The notes beneath the pieces were generated by a model. It saw nothing but the letters and a program-made list of their open reading frames with translations. It did not search any database and was not told the origin of the DNA. From the NCBI GenBank assembly GCA_038205935.1, contig JBBRBK010000035.1:1-20659 (forward strand): a DNA stretch of 20,659 nt, in the 5' to 3' direction. This document shows positions 1 to 10,571 of this stretch, piece after piece (within the stretch, counting starts at the first letter, position 1; every line of letters begins with the position of its first letter). A program made the translations under genes and the position numbers. The stretch comes from Campylobacterales bacterium (GTDB lineage: Bacteria; Campylobacterota; Campylobacteria; Campylobacterales; Sulfurimonadaceae).

Positions 1-495
1 CTCTTACATGTAAGGGCACTTCACGAAGTGGAATATGCTCGGTAAAAAGTGCGACATAAAGCTTTTCACATCCAAGCATCATAATGGCTTCACTCTTGAA
101 ATAATCACGAAGCATATCGGTGTGGCCTTTGTATTTTAGACCTGCCATCATCCACGCTTCTTTGTGAATCGGCATTGTTACCACCGCGTCACATTCTCCG
201 CCCTCACAAAGTTTTATCGCTTCTAAAAATGAATGGTAGGAATACTCTCCGCTCTCTTTTGTGACTTTGGCTGGCTCGATGTTTATTTTCAAGTTTAAAG
301 GCTTATACCCAAAGGGCACTTTGCATGTAATCTCTTTTGGAACTTCTACATCTAAGAGTTTCGCGCCGTCTTCAAGAACTTCTTTATCCACACAGTACAC
401 GGGATGACAAAGACGACTGACTTCTTCGTGACATTTCAAAGCGATCTCTAAACCAACTCCGTTGATATCTCCGATGCTGATGGCGATCTTCTTCA

Positions 496-496
<1 letters not shown>
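1..496 (-). CDS. pdxA: 4-hydroxythreonine-4-phosphate dehydrogenase PdxA (5' part; runs off the window)
   Basis: Not in the ORF track. Manual translation from GTG at 496-494, which overlaps the pdxJ TAG, gives MKKIAISIGDINGVGLEIALK...VVTMPIHKEAW...KGHTDML...ALFTEHIPLREV. These are PdxA motifs, and the gene lies directly downstream of pdxJ. Confidence 0.93.
3..14. repeat. Iterated palindrome CTTACATGTAAG
   Basis: Perfect 12-bp palindrome inside pdxA. Confidence 0.7.
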
Positions 497-2452
<1,956 letters not shown>

Positions 2453-2490
2453 TTATTGATACCATATGAAATAAAGTTGAAAGGTTTGAG

Positions 2491-3039
2491 ATGATTATTT
2501 ATATCCATGGATTTGGAAGTAGTGCGCAGGGAACAAAATCAAAGCAATTTCGGGAGTATTTTAAAAAGAAAGGTGAGTGTTTCATCGCTCCATCACTTTC
2601 GTATGTGCCCGAACTTGCCATCAGTACTTTAGAAGATATCATAGAAAATTGCGGCTGTGATGTCAAACTCATGGGCTCTTCTCTTGGCGGTTTTTATGCG
2701 CTGTATTTAAGTCAAAAATACAATCTTAAAGCAGTCCTCATAAACCCTGCAGTAAATGCAGAAGTAACACTCAAACGCGCCATCGGTCACGGAATAAACT
2801 ATTATGACAACAGCACATACGAGTGGAATCTCTTACATGTAGAGAGTCTCAAAAAGTATAAAACAACTTCTGTAAATCAAAAAAATATTATGCTTCTACT
2901 CCAAAAAGGCGATGATGTGCTTGACTACAAAGAAGCAGAAGATTTTTTACCGAACTCAATGATGTTCATAGAAGAGGGCGGCAGCCACAATTTTGACGGG
3001 ATTGAGAGATATTATGAGAAGATAAGAGAGTTTTTTTAA
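2491..3039 (+). CDS. YqiA/YcfP (UPF0227) family alpha/beta-hydrolase esterase
   Basis: IYIHGFGSS start, GSSLGG nucleophile elbow, LINPAV, GDDVLDY, GGSHNF; AAAGG RBS upstream. Confidence 0.88.
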   Translation: MIIYIHGFGSSAQGTKSKQFREYFKKKGECFIAPSLSYVPELAISTLEDIIENCGCDVKLMGSSLGGFYALYLSQKYNLKAVLINPAVNAEVTLKRAIGHGINYYDNSTYEWNLLHVESLKKYKTTSVNQKNIMLLLQKGDDVLDYKEAEDFLPNSMMFIEEGGSHNFDGIERYYEKIREFF

Positions 3040-3061
3040 AATTAGTTTGAGTAAAAAATTA

Positions 3062-3069
3062 GGTACAAT
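3062..3069 (+). promoter_or_regulatory. Possible -10 element (GGTACAAT) upstream of the MmeI-remnant/pentapeptide pair
   Basis: TACAAT at 3064-3069, with TTTGAGT upstream; GAGGAG RBS at 3108-3113. Confidence 0.3.
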
Positions 3070-3121
3070 ATTTGTTAAAAATTAATATATTTTGAGAAAA
3101 GAAAATTGAGGAGAAAATGGG

Positions 3122-3457
3122 ATGGGTGAGATACAAATAGAAAACTTGAGAGAATGGAGTGATTATAGATATTCTAATACTTTAAATTACAACAACTACC
3201 TATTCCCAAAAAACATAAGTGAAAAAAATCGCTTACATGTAGAGCAAAAAGCACAAAATATCTTAGACATCAGAGCCGAGTTCAAAGAGAGTTCCCTAGC
3301 CGACCTCTACGACCCACTAGCCATGCCACCACGTCTAAAACGTGCCCACCAAGAACTAGACCGAGCAGTAGATAAATGCTACACAACAAAATCCTTCAAA
3401 AACGACAAAGAAAGAATAGAATTTTTGTTTGAGTTGTATGAGGAGTATTTGAAATGA
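3122..3457 (+). pseudogene. C-terminal fragment of an MmeI-like type IIL restriction-modification enzyme (methyltransferase and nuclease domains missing)
   Basis: SDYRYSNTLNYNNY.FP, ILDIRAEF..SSLADLYDPLAMPPRLKRAHQELDRAVDKCY and ERIEFLFELY match the MmeI-family C-terminus. It is 111 aa versus roughly 900 aa for the full enzyme. An out-of-frame MGWVRYK* at 3117-3140 resembles the family's preceding HMAWVR motif. Confidence 0.78.
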
Positions 3458-4830
3458 TTAGGTTTGAAGAACTAATTATCAATGAAAATGAATTATTTTC
3501 AAATGGAAGAAGTTTGGAAGTTACTAATTTCGTAACTTTTAAAGATGTTGAATTTCCTGACATAATATTTAATAATCATGAAATTAAAACTTCAACAAAT
3601 AAAATAAAATATGATGAAGCCATTCGTGGACAAACTATTTCTGACGGTCATGAGTTGTATTTTAAAAATTGCTCCTTTTCTGGTAAGTTAGAATTTAATG
3701 GGCTTTTCAATAGATATGTAAGATTTGATGATTGTAGTTTTACTGATATTTTTTTAAAAGATATATATTATGACAATGAAAAGGCAATAAATGGATTTAT
3801 GTTTATCGGTATTAAATCTATTTCAAGCATTACAGTAGATTTTTGCCAATTTAATGGAAATATTCATATTAATCATGACTCTACTGAAAAATTAACAATA
3901 ACTAATCTAACGATTACAAATTCAGTTTTTGAAAAAGATTTTAGCTTTCATAGCTGTAACATTGATGAAATCAAAATTAATGACTCTGATTTTAATTCAT
4001 TATCGGAATTTAATAATTGTGAATTTAAAGAGAAGTTTGATTTAAGTGAAATTACATATAAAGGTTTTACGCTATTTGATGATTGTGATTTTTTGCAAAA
4101 AGCAGAGTTTGAATATGTTATTTTTGAGAAATTTGCTTCATTTAGAAAATCAATATTTCATCAAGGTATTAACTTAGACTACACAAGTAGTGATAAAGAA
4201 ATCCATTTTTTTGGCGTAAGTATTCTTGAAAATGATAATCCTGAAAAAAATACATCACAAGAAACTTATCGCATTATCAAATATAATTTTGAAAAACTTG
4301 GAAATAAAATTGAAGCAAATAAATATCATGCTCTAGAGCTTAATCAAAAAAAGAGAGAGCTTGAAAAAAATAAATGGCAAAATTTTTCGGAATATTTAGT
4401 TTTTAAAATCCATGATATGAGTTCAGAACACTCTACAAACTGGAACTTAGCACTCTTGTGGATAGTTATGGTAGGGTTTTTGACTACTATTTTAGAGAAA
4501 TCTCCATATTTATTAAATGTATTGCCACTTAGTTTTTTATTTGCATTTGCATTATTTGAAAACATAAAATCAAGACTCATCGTTTTTCTGATGTTTTTTG
4601 CACTTGTTTTATTTTTTAGCAATGAAATTTTTCTAAAAGACATAATGCAAAACATGTCTCTAATTAATTTAAATGGTACGATAAAACCTGAAATAAAAGA
4701 GGCTACTGTGCAAAATTGGTGGAACACTTTAAGCTGGTGGAGTACGTTGATAGTATTTTTAAATAAAATTTCTTTAGGATATTTATACTACCAATTCTTA
4801 ATGTCCATTAGAAAAGATACACGAAAATGA
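3454..4830 (+). CDS. Pentapeptide-repeat-like (F-x-x-C/S-x-F) protein with C-terminal transmembrane helices
   Basis: Repeats FKNCSF, FDDCSF, FHSCNI, FNNCEF, FDDCDF, FRKSIF; then QETYRIIKYNFEKLGNKIEANKYHALEL; then several hydrophobic segments. Very AT-rich. ATGA overlap with the upstream ORF. Confidence 0.75.
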   Translation: MIRFEELIINENELFSNGRSLEVTNFVTFKDVEFPDIIFNNHEIKTSTNKIKYDEAIRGQTISDGHELYFKNCSFSGKLEFNGLFNRYVRFDDCSFTDIFLKDIYYDNEKAINGFMFIGIKSISSITVDFCQFNGNIHINHDSTEKLTITNLTITNSVFEKDFSFHSCNIDEIKINDSDFNSLSEFNNCEFKEKFDLSEITYKGFTLFDDCDFLQKAEFEYVIFEKFASFRKSIFHQGINLDYTSSDKEIHFFGVSILENDNPEKNTSQETYRIIKYNFEKLGNKIEANKYHALELNQKKRELEKNKWQNFSEYLVFKIHDMSSEHSTNWNLALLWIVMVGFLTTILEKSPYLLNVLPLSFLFAFALFENIKSRLIVFLMFFALVLFFSNEIFLKDIMQNMSLINLNGTIKPEIKEATVQNWWNTLSWWSTLIVFLNKISLGYLYYQFLMSIRKDTRK

Positions 4831-5152
4831 CAAGGCTAATAAAGGAACTATGTAAATAATAATGATAGCAGATTAGAAAATTGTGAATGGTTTTAAAAAT
4901 GGTCGCTTATTATCAACCAAGCAAGTGGCGGCTACCTCTTGATACTCAATGGTATCTGAGCGAGGGAATCGTACATAAATTATCTTTAAATATTGATTGT
5001 TTGGATAGAACATTAGCCTCAGTTGCAATAATGAAACGATTAAATTAACTATTCATTCCATATTTGGTATGATAAGATGTTTTTGATGTGAGATACGAAA
5101 TTTTGAAGGACTAGCTTTTCATCTGCAAAAATGATGACAAAAACAGCTCTTC

Positions 5153-5161
5153 TGCTATAAT
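5153..5161 (+). promoter_or_regulatory. Extended -10 promoter TGCTATAAT, probably giving a leaderless mRNA
   Basis: TGCTATAAT ends 7 nt before the ATG at 5169, and there is no Shine-Dalgarno sequence in between. Confidence 0.6.
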
Positions 5162-5168
5162 CACGCCA

Positions 5169-6575
5169 ATGAAAAAGATACTAATAATCAGTGACAGTGA
5201 AATCGGCCGCCAATTTATAGAACGTGTTATAGATACTTATACGAGTGATAATATCTATTATATTGTTCAACCAAAAGCTGTTGAGTATGAAAATGCAAAT
5301 CCTGCACGCTTTAAATTTTATGAATTTGATCCTACAAGCTTTCACAAAATTTCCAATCTTTTAAAAATGGAGTTTGTTCAAGCTATCATCACTATGGACA
5401 ATATTACTGATGTTGAACATACGATAAAAAATATCAGAACGATGAAAAAACAACTTCGTCTTATCGTTCTTGACCACTGGGGTTTTGAAAATAGAGATCC
5501 AAGTATTTTGTATGTAAAACAAAATGAGATCATGGCTTCAAGGATGATCGATTATCTTCCAAATATTCCAGTGACTGCAAAAAATGTTGGTCTGGGGCAG
5601 GGTGAAATCATGGAAGTGCTTGTTCCTTTTGGAAGTTCTTTCGTGTACCGACACATCGGTGTTATTGAGCAACGTAAATGGAAGATCGTGGCTATTTACA
5701 GAAATAGAGAACTTTTGTTACCGACAAGAAAGAGGATGATCCATCCAAATGATCTTTTACTTCTTGTAGGTGATCCAGCTGTTTTAAAATCTGTTTATCG
5801 TGCCATCAAACGTGAGCTTGGACAGTTTCCTGAACCTTTTGGTTCAAACCTTTATCTTTATATTGATATGTTTAAAGATAATCAAAAAAATATCAAAGAT
5901 TTACTTCGCCGCGCTTTGTTTATCCATAAAAGTTTCAAACATAAGCTTTATATCAAAGTATTTAATCCAAGTAATATAGAGTTACTATGGGCGATTAAAG
6001 ATCTTAGTTCACATAATGTGGATGTGGAAATTAACTATAAAGATACTCCAATCGAAACTATTTTTCGTGCTGATATGAAAAAATATCATATCGGTTTAGT
6101 GATGGTTTCTAAAGACATTTTTAGAAATTATGAGGCAAGAAATATGCTTTATGGCGCTCGTTTACCGGTACTAAAAATCGCAAACAGATCTCTTTCTAGA
6201 CTCAAAGACTCAGTTGCAGTGCTCAGTGAAAATAGAGATCTCGAAAAAGTTTCTACAACAGTCTTTGACATCTCTTCTCAAATGGGCTTTAACTTGGAAC
6301 TTTTCAACTATACAAATGAGCAAGATCAAAACAAAGAACAGGTTATAGAGCATTTTAATAATCTTGCTACGATCTTTTCCAAATCAATCAAAGTCACAAA
6401 TAGTGATGGTAATCCTATCCGTGAACTTAGACAGAAAGAAAATTTTCTTCATCTTATGCCTTTTACTTCAAAAATCGTTGAAAGACAGATTTTTTCTCTC
6501 TTTTCCATTGACAGTGAGAAGCTTTATTTCAAGCTTGACGATTATCATCAGATCTTTATTCCTGTTCAGCTTTAG
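5169..6575 (+). CDS. COG3400 family protein with TrkA-C (RCK_C) domain
   Basis: GLGQGEIMEVLVPFGSSFVYRHIG...WKIVAIYRN...PNDLLLLVGDP.VL, ELGQFPEPFG. Its position upstream of aroB is typical of Campylobacterota. Confidence 0.85.
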   Translation: MKKILIISDSEIGRQFIERVIDTYTSDNIYYIVQPKAVEYENANPARFKFYEFDPTSFHKISNLLKMEFVQAIITMDNITDVEHTIKNIRTMKKQLRLIVLDHWGFENRDPSILYVKQNEIMASRMIDYLPNIPVTAKNVGLGQGEIMEVLVPFGSSFVYRHIGVIEQRKWKIVAIYRNRELLLPTRKRMIHPNDLLLLVGDPAVLKSVYRAIKRELGQFPEPFGSNLYLYIDMFKDNQKNIKDLLRRALFIHKSFKHKLYIKVFNPSNIELLWAIKDLSSHNVDVEINYKDTPIETIFRADMKKYHIGLVMVSKDIFRNYEARNMLYGARLPVLKIANRSLSRLKDSVAVLSENRDLEKVSTTVFDISSQMGFNLELFNYTNEQDQNKEQVIEHFNNLATIFSKSIKVTNSDGNPIRELRQKENFLHLMPFTSKIVERQIFSLFSIDSEKLYFKLDDYHQIFIPVQL

Positions 6576-6661
6576 CCATCTGAATAGGTCTATTTCACAC
6601 GTTTTTAAGTAAGAATAAAGTATTATTTATCACTTAATAATTTCATGTTTGGATGTAAAAA

Positions 6662-7711
6662 ATGGTCGTAGATATAACACTTAAAAAAGTAATAGATAAT
6701 TCTTATAAAATAACAATAGACAAGCTTGCTGACATGCGCTTTGATAAAAAGGTTGCAATCATCACAAACCCTAAAGTCGCAGGTCTTCATCTGCGATATC
6801 TTCTAAATACCATCTCTGCAAAAGAGCTCTATATCATCACAGTGCCTGATGGTGAAGAGTACAAAAATCAGGAAACTATAGATCTCATACTAGAAAATCT
6901 TTTCAATCACCGTTTTAACCGCGGCTCTTTACTGATCGCTTTTGGCGGTGGCGTTATAGGCGACATGACAGGTTACGCGGCGAGCATTTATCAAAGAGGG
7001 ATCGACTTCATTCAGATACCAACAACACTTCTTTCCCAAGTAGATGCGAGTGTCGGCGGAAAAACAGGGATGAATAATAGTTTTGGTAAAAATCTTGTCG
7101 GTTCTTTTCATCAGCCTCAAGCGGTATATATTGATCCTTATTTTCTTTCAACGCTTCCATCCCGTGAATTTGGTGCAGGAATCGCTGAGATCGTAAAAAT
7201 GGCTGTGACTTTTAATGCAGAGTTTTTTACTTGGCTTGAAGAAAATGATCTTAACAGTGCGACAGTTTTAGCAGAAGCGATCAAAAAATCTGTAGAAACA
7301 AAAGCAAATGTCGTCTCACAAGATGAAAAAGAAAAAGGGCTTCGCGCGGCTCTCAACTACGGGCATACCTTTGCACATGTTATAGAAAATGAAACAAATT
7401 ACACTGGTTTTTTACATGGAGAAGCTGTCTCTGTTGGTATGGTAATGGCAAATGATGTGTCCGTCAAACTTGGACTTTTAAAAGAGGAAGAAGCACTGCG
7501 CATCAAAAAACTTTTAGTCAAATACCGTTTGCCTGTGACTTATGCCATTAAAGATGTTGAGAGTTTTTATAAGGCATTTTTTCTAGATAAAAAAAGCTCT
7601 GACAGCTCTATCACTTTTATCCTTGCTTCTGGCATTGGCGGTGTTAAGATTACTGATGAAGTAGATAGTAAGATTGTCAAAGATGTTTTAAATTTGTATA
7701 AGGTAATTTGA
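6662..7711 (+). CDS. aroB: 3-dehydroquinate synthase
   Basis: PDGEEYK, AFGGGVIGDMTG, PTTLLSQVDASVGGKTG, KNLVGSFHQP, LNYGHTFAH, LHGEAV, DKK. Confidence 0.97.
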   Translation: MVVDITLKKVIDNSYKITIDKLADMRFDKKVAIITNPKVAGLHLRYLLNTISAKELYIITVPDGEEYKNQETIDLILENLFNHRFNRGSLLIAFGGGVIGDMTGYAASIYQRGIDFIQIPTTLLSQVDASVGGKTGMNNSFGKNLVGSFHQPQAVYIDPYFLSTLPSREFGAGIAEIVKMAVTFNAEFFTWLEENDLNSATVLAEAIKKSVETKANVVSQDEKEKGLRAALNYGHTFAHVIENETNYTGFLHGEAVSVGMVMANDVSVKLGLLKEEEALRIKKLLVKYRLPVTYAIKDVESFYKAFFLDKKSSDSSITFILASGIGGVKITDEVDSKIVKDVLNLYKVI

Positions 7712-9324
7712 TGAGCAAAATACTGCTGATTCTTCTTTGCGCCCTTTCTCTTTATGCGAAAACAGTAGATAAAAACAAAGATAATAATGCCGCAAATGAG
7801 GCACTATTAGCACAAAAACAGCATCTTATAGAGGAATATACAACCTCTCTTAATGACATCGATGATGAAATGCCATCGGATAATGTTTGGATTAAAAATT
7901 ATAGTTCTTACTTAACATCTCTTGACGTAAAAAAGAATCTTGAAGAGATAAAAAGTCAGATTTTTACTCTTACAAAAGAGAATAAGTATGGCAAAAACTT
8001 CGATGAACTTTCCTCATTACGCTCCAAAGAAAATATTCTTTCAAGTCAGATGACACAGTTTAAAAGTAAAGATTCAGCGCCTTTTTCAGAGCTGTTGACT
8101 CCGCCGGAAATTTCTGAGATACCTTCACTTAATAACCCTTTAGATATCTTTACCGGATACTCTTTTATCAAGCAGATAAATAATAATTATGACGATTATA
8201 TTAAGCAAAAAGAGAGTTTGGCAACTATGGTTGCACTCTTAGAAAAAAAGACTGCGATATATGAAAATTTGGCTGCAGTGCAAGATGATAACAAAACACA
8301 AAACAATCTTGAAGAGCTTAAAAAACAGCTTGACAGATTTTCAGTAGCACTTGATACCATCAATATTACACAGAGTGTTTATAAAAAACGTATCGAAGTG
8401 ATGGAGATAAACGTCAACAAAAAGATAGAAGAGCAGATCTACAAACTGGTGAAAATTGGGATTATCATTGTCATTCTTTTCCTCATCTTTTTCTTACTCA
8501 AACTAATTGTAAAAAAATATATCAAGGACAATGAGCGTTTTTATACAGCGAATAAAATCATCACTTTCACAAATTTTACTTTAATTATCTTGATCCTCTT
8601 TTTTAATTATATTGAAAATGTCAGTTATTTGGTCACTATTCTCGGCTTTGCATCGGCGGGTATTGCTATCGCTATGAAAGACTGGTTTATGAGTATTCTC
8701 GGATGGCTTGTGATTGTTTTTGGTGGAAGTATCCATGTAGGTGACAGAATTCGTGTAGATATGGATGGCATGATCTATGTTGGTGATGTTATGGATATCT
8801 CGCTTTTGCGTATCACAATTTTAGAAGATATTACACTCACTTCGATTATGAAAAATCGTCGCGCGGGACGTATTATCTTTATACCAAATAACTATGTATT
8901 TACAAGAATGATAGCAAACTATACGCATAATTCTCTCAAAACAGTGTGGGATGGGATAGACATCGTGATCTCTTTTGATTCAAATCATAAAAAAGCGATG
9001 CATATCTGTAAAGAGGTGACTCGGAAGTATTCTAAAGGTTATACCGATATTACACGTAAACAGCTCAATAAACTCAGAAGTCATTATAGTCTGAAAAATA
9101 CCAATGTCGAACCTCGTATCTTTTCGTTTATTGATCCAAATGGAGTCGTAATTAGCTCTTGGTATCTTACAAATGCATACGGTACTTTGACGTTGAGAAG
9201 TACTATTTCACTTGAAATAGTAGAAGAGTTTAACAAGGCTGATGATATCACGATAGCATATCCGACACAAAGATTACATATCCAAACAGAACAAAATACA
9301 ATGCCTCCAGAGGAGCTCGCATGA
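7711..9324 (+). CDS. MscS-family mechanosensitive ion channel with long N-terminal periplasmic coiled-coil
   Basis: Signal peptide, a coiled-coil region and TM helices, followed by LGFASAGIAIAMKD, IHVGDRI, GDVMDISLL and IFIPNN. ATG at 7711 (alternative TTG at 7708). Confidence 0.9.
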   Translation: MSKILLILLCALSLYAKTVDKNKDNNAANEALLAQKQHLIEEYTTSLNDIDDEMPSDNVWIKNYSSYLTSLDVKKNLEEIKSQIFTLTKENKYGKNFDELSSLRSKENILSSQMTQFKSKDSAPFSELLTPPEISEIPSLNNPLDIFTGYSFIKQINNNYDDYIKQKESLATMVALLEKKTAIYENLAAVQDDNKTQNNLEELKKQLDRFSVALDTINITQSVYKKRIEVMEINVNKKIEEQIYKLVKIGIIIVILFLIFFLLKLIVKKYIKDNERFYTANKIITFTNFTLIILILFFNYIENVSYLVTILGFASAGIAIAMKDWFMSILGWLVIVFGGSIHVGDRIRVDMDGMIYVGDVMDISLLRITILEDITLTSIMKNRRAGRIIFIPNNYVFTRMIANYTHNSLKTVWDGIDIVISFDSNHKKAMHICKEVTRKYSKGYTDITRKQLNKLRSHYSLKNTNVEPRIFSFIDPNGVVISSWYLTNAYGTLTLRSTISLEIVEEFNKADDITIAYPTQRLHIQTEQNTMPPEELA

Positions 9325-10571
9325 GAAAAAAAGTTTACTTTAAAACATTCGGGTGCCGAACCAATCTTTTTGATTCACAAGTGATGATGCAAAATATTGA
9401 AGATTTTGATATTACAGAGGATGAGAGTGAAGCAGATGTTGTCGTTGTAAACTCTTGTACCGTGACAAATGGTGCAGATACAACGGTGCGCTCTTATGTA
9501 AACCATATAGAAAAAAGTAGCGGAGCGAAAGTGTTTCTCACAGGATGTGGAGCACATACCAAGGGTGAAAAACTTTTTGAAAACAAGAAAGTTTTCGGTG
9601 TTTTTGGACAAAGCGAAAAACAAAAGATCAATACGCTTTTAAAAGAAGAAACTCCATTTTATGAACTCGGCGATTTGAATTTTGTAGATGACGCAGTCGT
9701 TGGCGAGTTTATCGGAAAAAGTCGCGCGTTTATCAAGATTCAAGAGGGATGTAATTTTAGATGTAACTACTGTATTATCCCTTTTGTTCGTGGAGATGCG
9801 AGAAGTTTAGATGAAAAAAGAATCCTTGAACAGGTGTATAGACTCTCATCTAACGGTTTTGGAGAGTTTATCCTCACAGGCACAAATGTCGGAAGTTATG
9901 GAACAGGCGAGGGTACAAATATCGCTCGTCTTATGAAGCAGATGAGTCAAGTTAAAGGTGTAAGACGCATTCGTGTGGGAAGTTTGGAACCTATCCAGAT
10001 CAATGATGAGTTTAAAGAGATACTTGGCGAACCGTGGCTTGAAAAGCACTTACATGTAGCATTGCAACATACTTCACCGCAGATGCTTAAACTGATGAAT
10101 CGACGTAATCGCTACGAGAATGATTTCAAGCTTTTTCACACGTTGGCAGAAAAAGGTTTTGCACTTGGAACAGATTTTATCGTCGGGCATCCTGGAGAAA
10201 GCGCGGAACTTTGGCGAGAGGGGATCGAGAACGTAAAAAGATTGCCTTTGACGCATCTGCACGCTTTTAGTTACTCAAAACGTGATGGAACTCCATCGGC
10301 TACGATGAAAAACGAAGTCAGTGGCAGTATCGCAAAAGAGCGCTTACATGAGCTAACTTCAATCATCGATGCTAAAAACTTAGAGTTTAGAAAAGCTTTT
10401 AGCGGTGAACTCGATGTACTTATAGAAAGCCAAAGAGAAGATGGACTTTATCAAGGGTTTGACCAACATTTTAATAAAGTAGTTATCAAATCAGATGAAG
10501 ATCTGAGTGGAAACTGGCTTACATGTAAAGACTTTAGTGTGAGGGAAGAATACAACTATGTTCAAATCTAA
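9321..10571 (+). CDS. mtaB: tRNA t6A37 methylthiotransferase MtaB (radical SAM)
   Basis: UPF0004 N-terminus (TFGCRTN, VNSCTVT, TGC); CNFRCNYC radical-SAM motif; IVGHPGE; YSKRDGTPSA. Confidence 0.92.
   Translation: MRKKVYFKTFGCRTNLFDSQVMMQNIEDFDITEDESEADVVVVNSCTVTNGADTTVRSYVNHIEKSSGAKVFLTGCGAHTKGEKLFENKKVFGVFGQSEKQKINTLLKEETPFYELGDLNFVDDAVVGEFIGKSRAFIKIQEGCNFRCNYCIIPFVRGDARSLDEKRILEQVYRLSSNGFGEFILTGTNVGSYGTGEGTNIARLMKQMSQVKGVRRIRVGSLEPIQINDEFKEILGEPWLEKHLHVALQHTSPQMLKLMNRRNRYENDFKLFHTLAEKGFALGTDFIVGHPGESAELWREGIENVKRLPLTHLHAFSYSKRDGTPSATMKNEVSGSIAKERLHELTSIIDAKNLEFRKAFSGELDVLIESQREDGLYQGFDQHFNKVVIKSDEDLSGNWLTCKDFSVREEYNYVQI

Noticed and set aside
4910..4960. An alternative frame reading INQASGGYLLILNGI resembles an AlbA/Schlafen motif
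   Set aside because: Too short and flanked by stop codons; not supportable without a search.
4950..4974. Minus-strand GTACGATTCCCTCGCTCAGATACCA resembles a tRNA 3' end or att site
   Set aside because: The T-loop is non-canonical, there is no pairing 5' T-stem arm or cloverleaf, the acceptor spacing is off by one, and no integrase is present.
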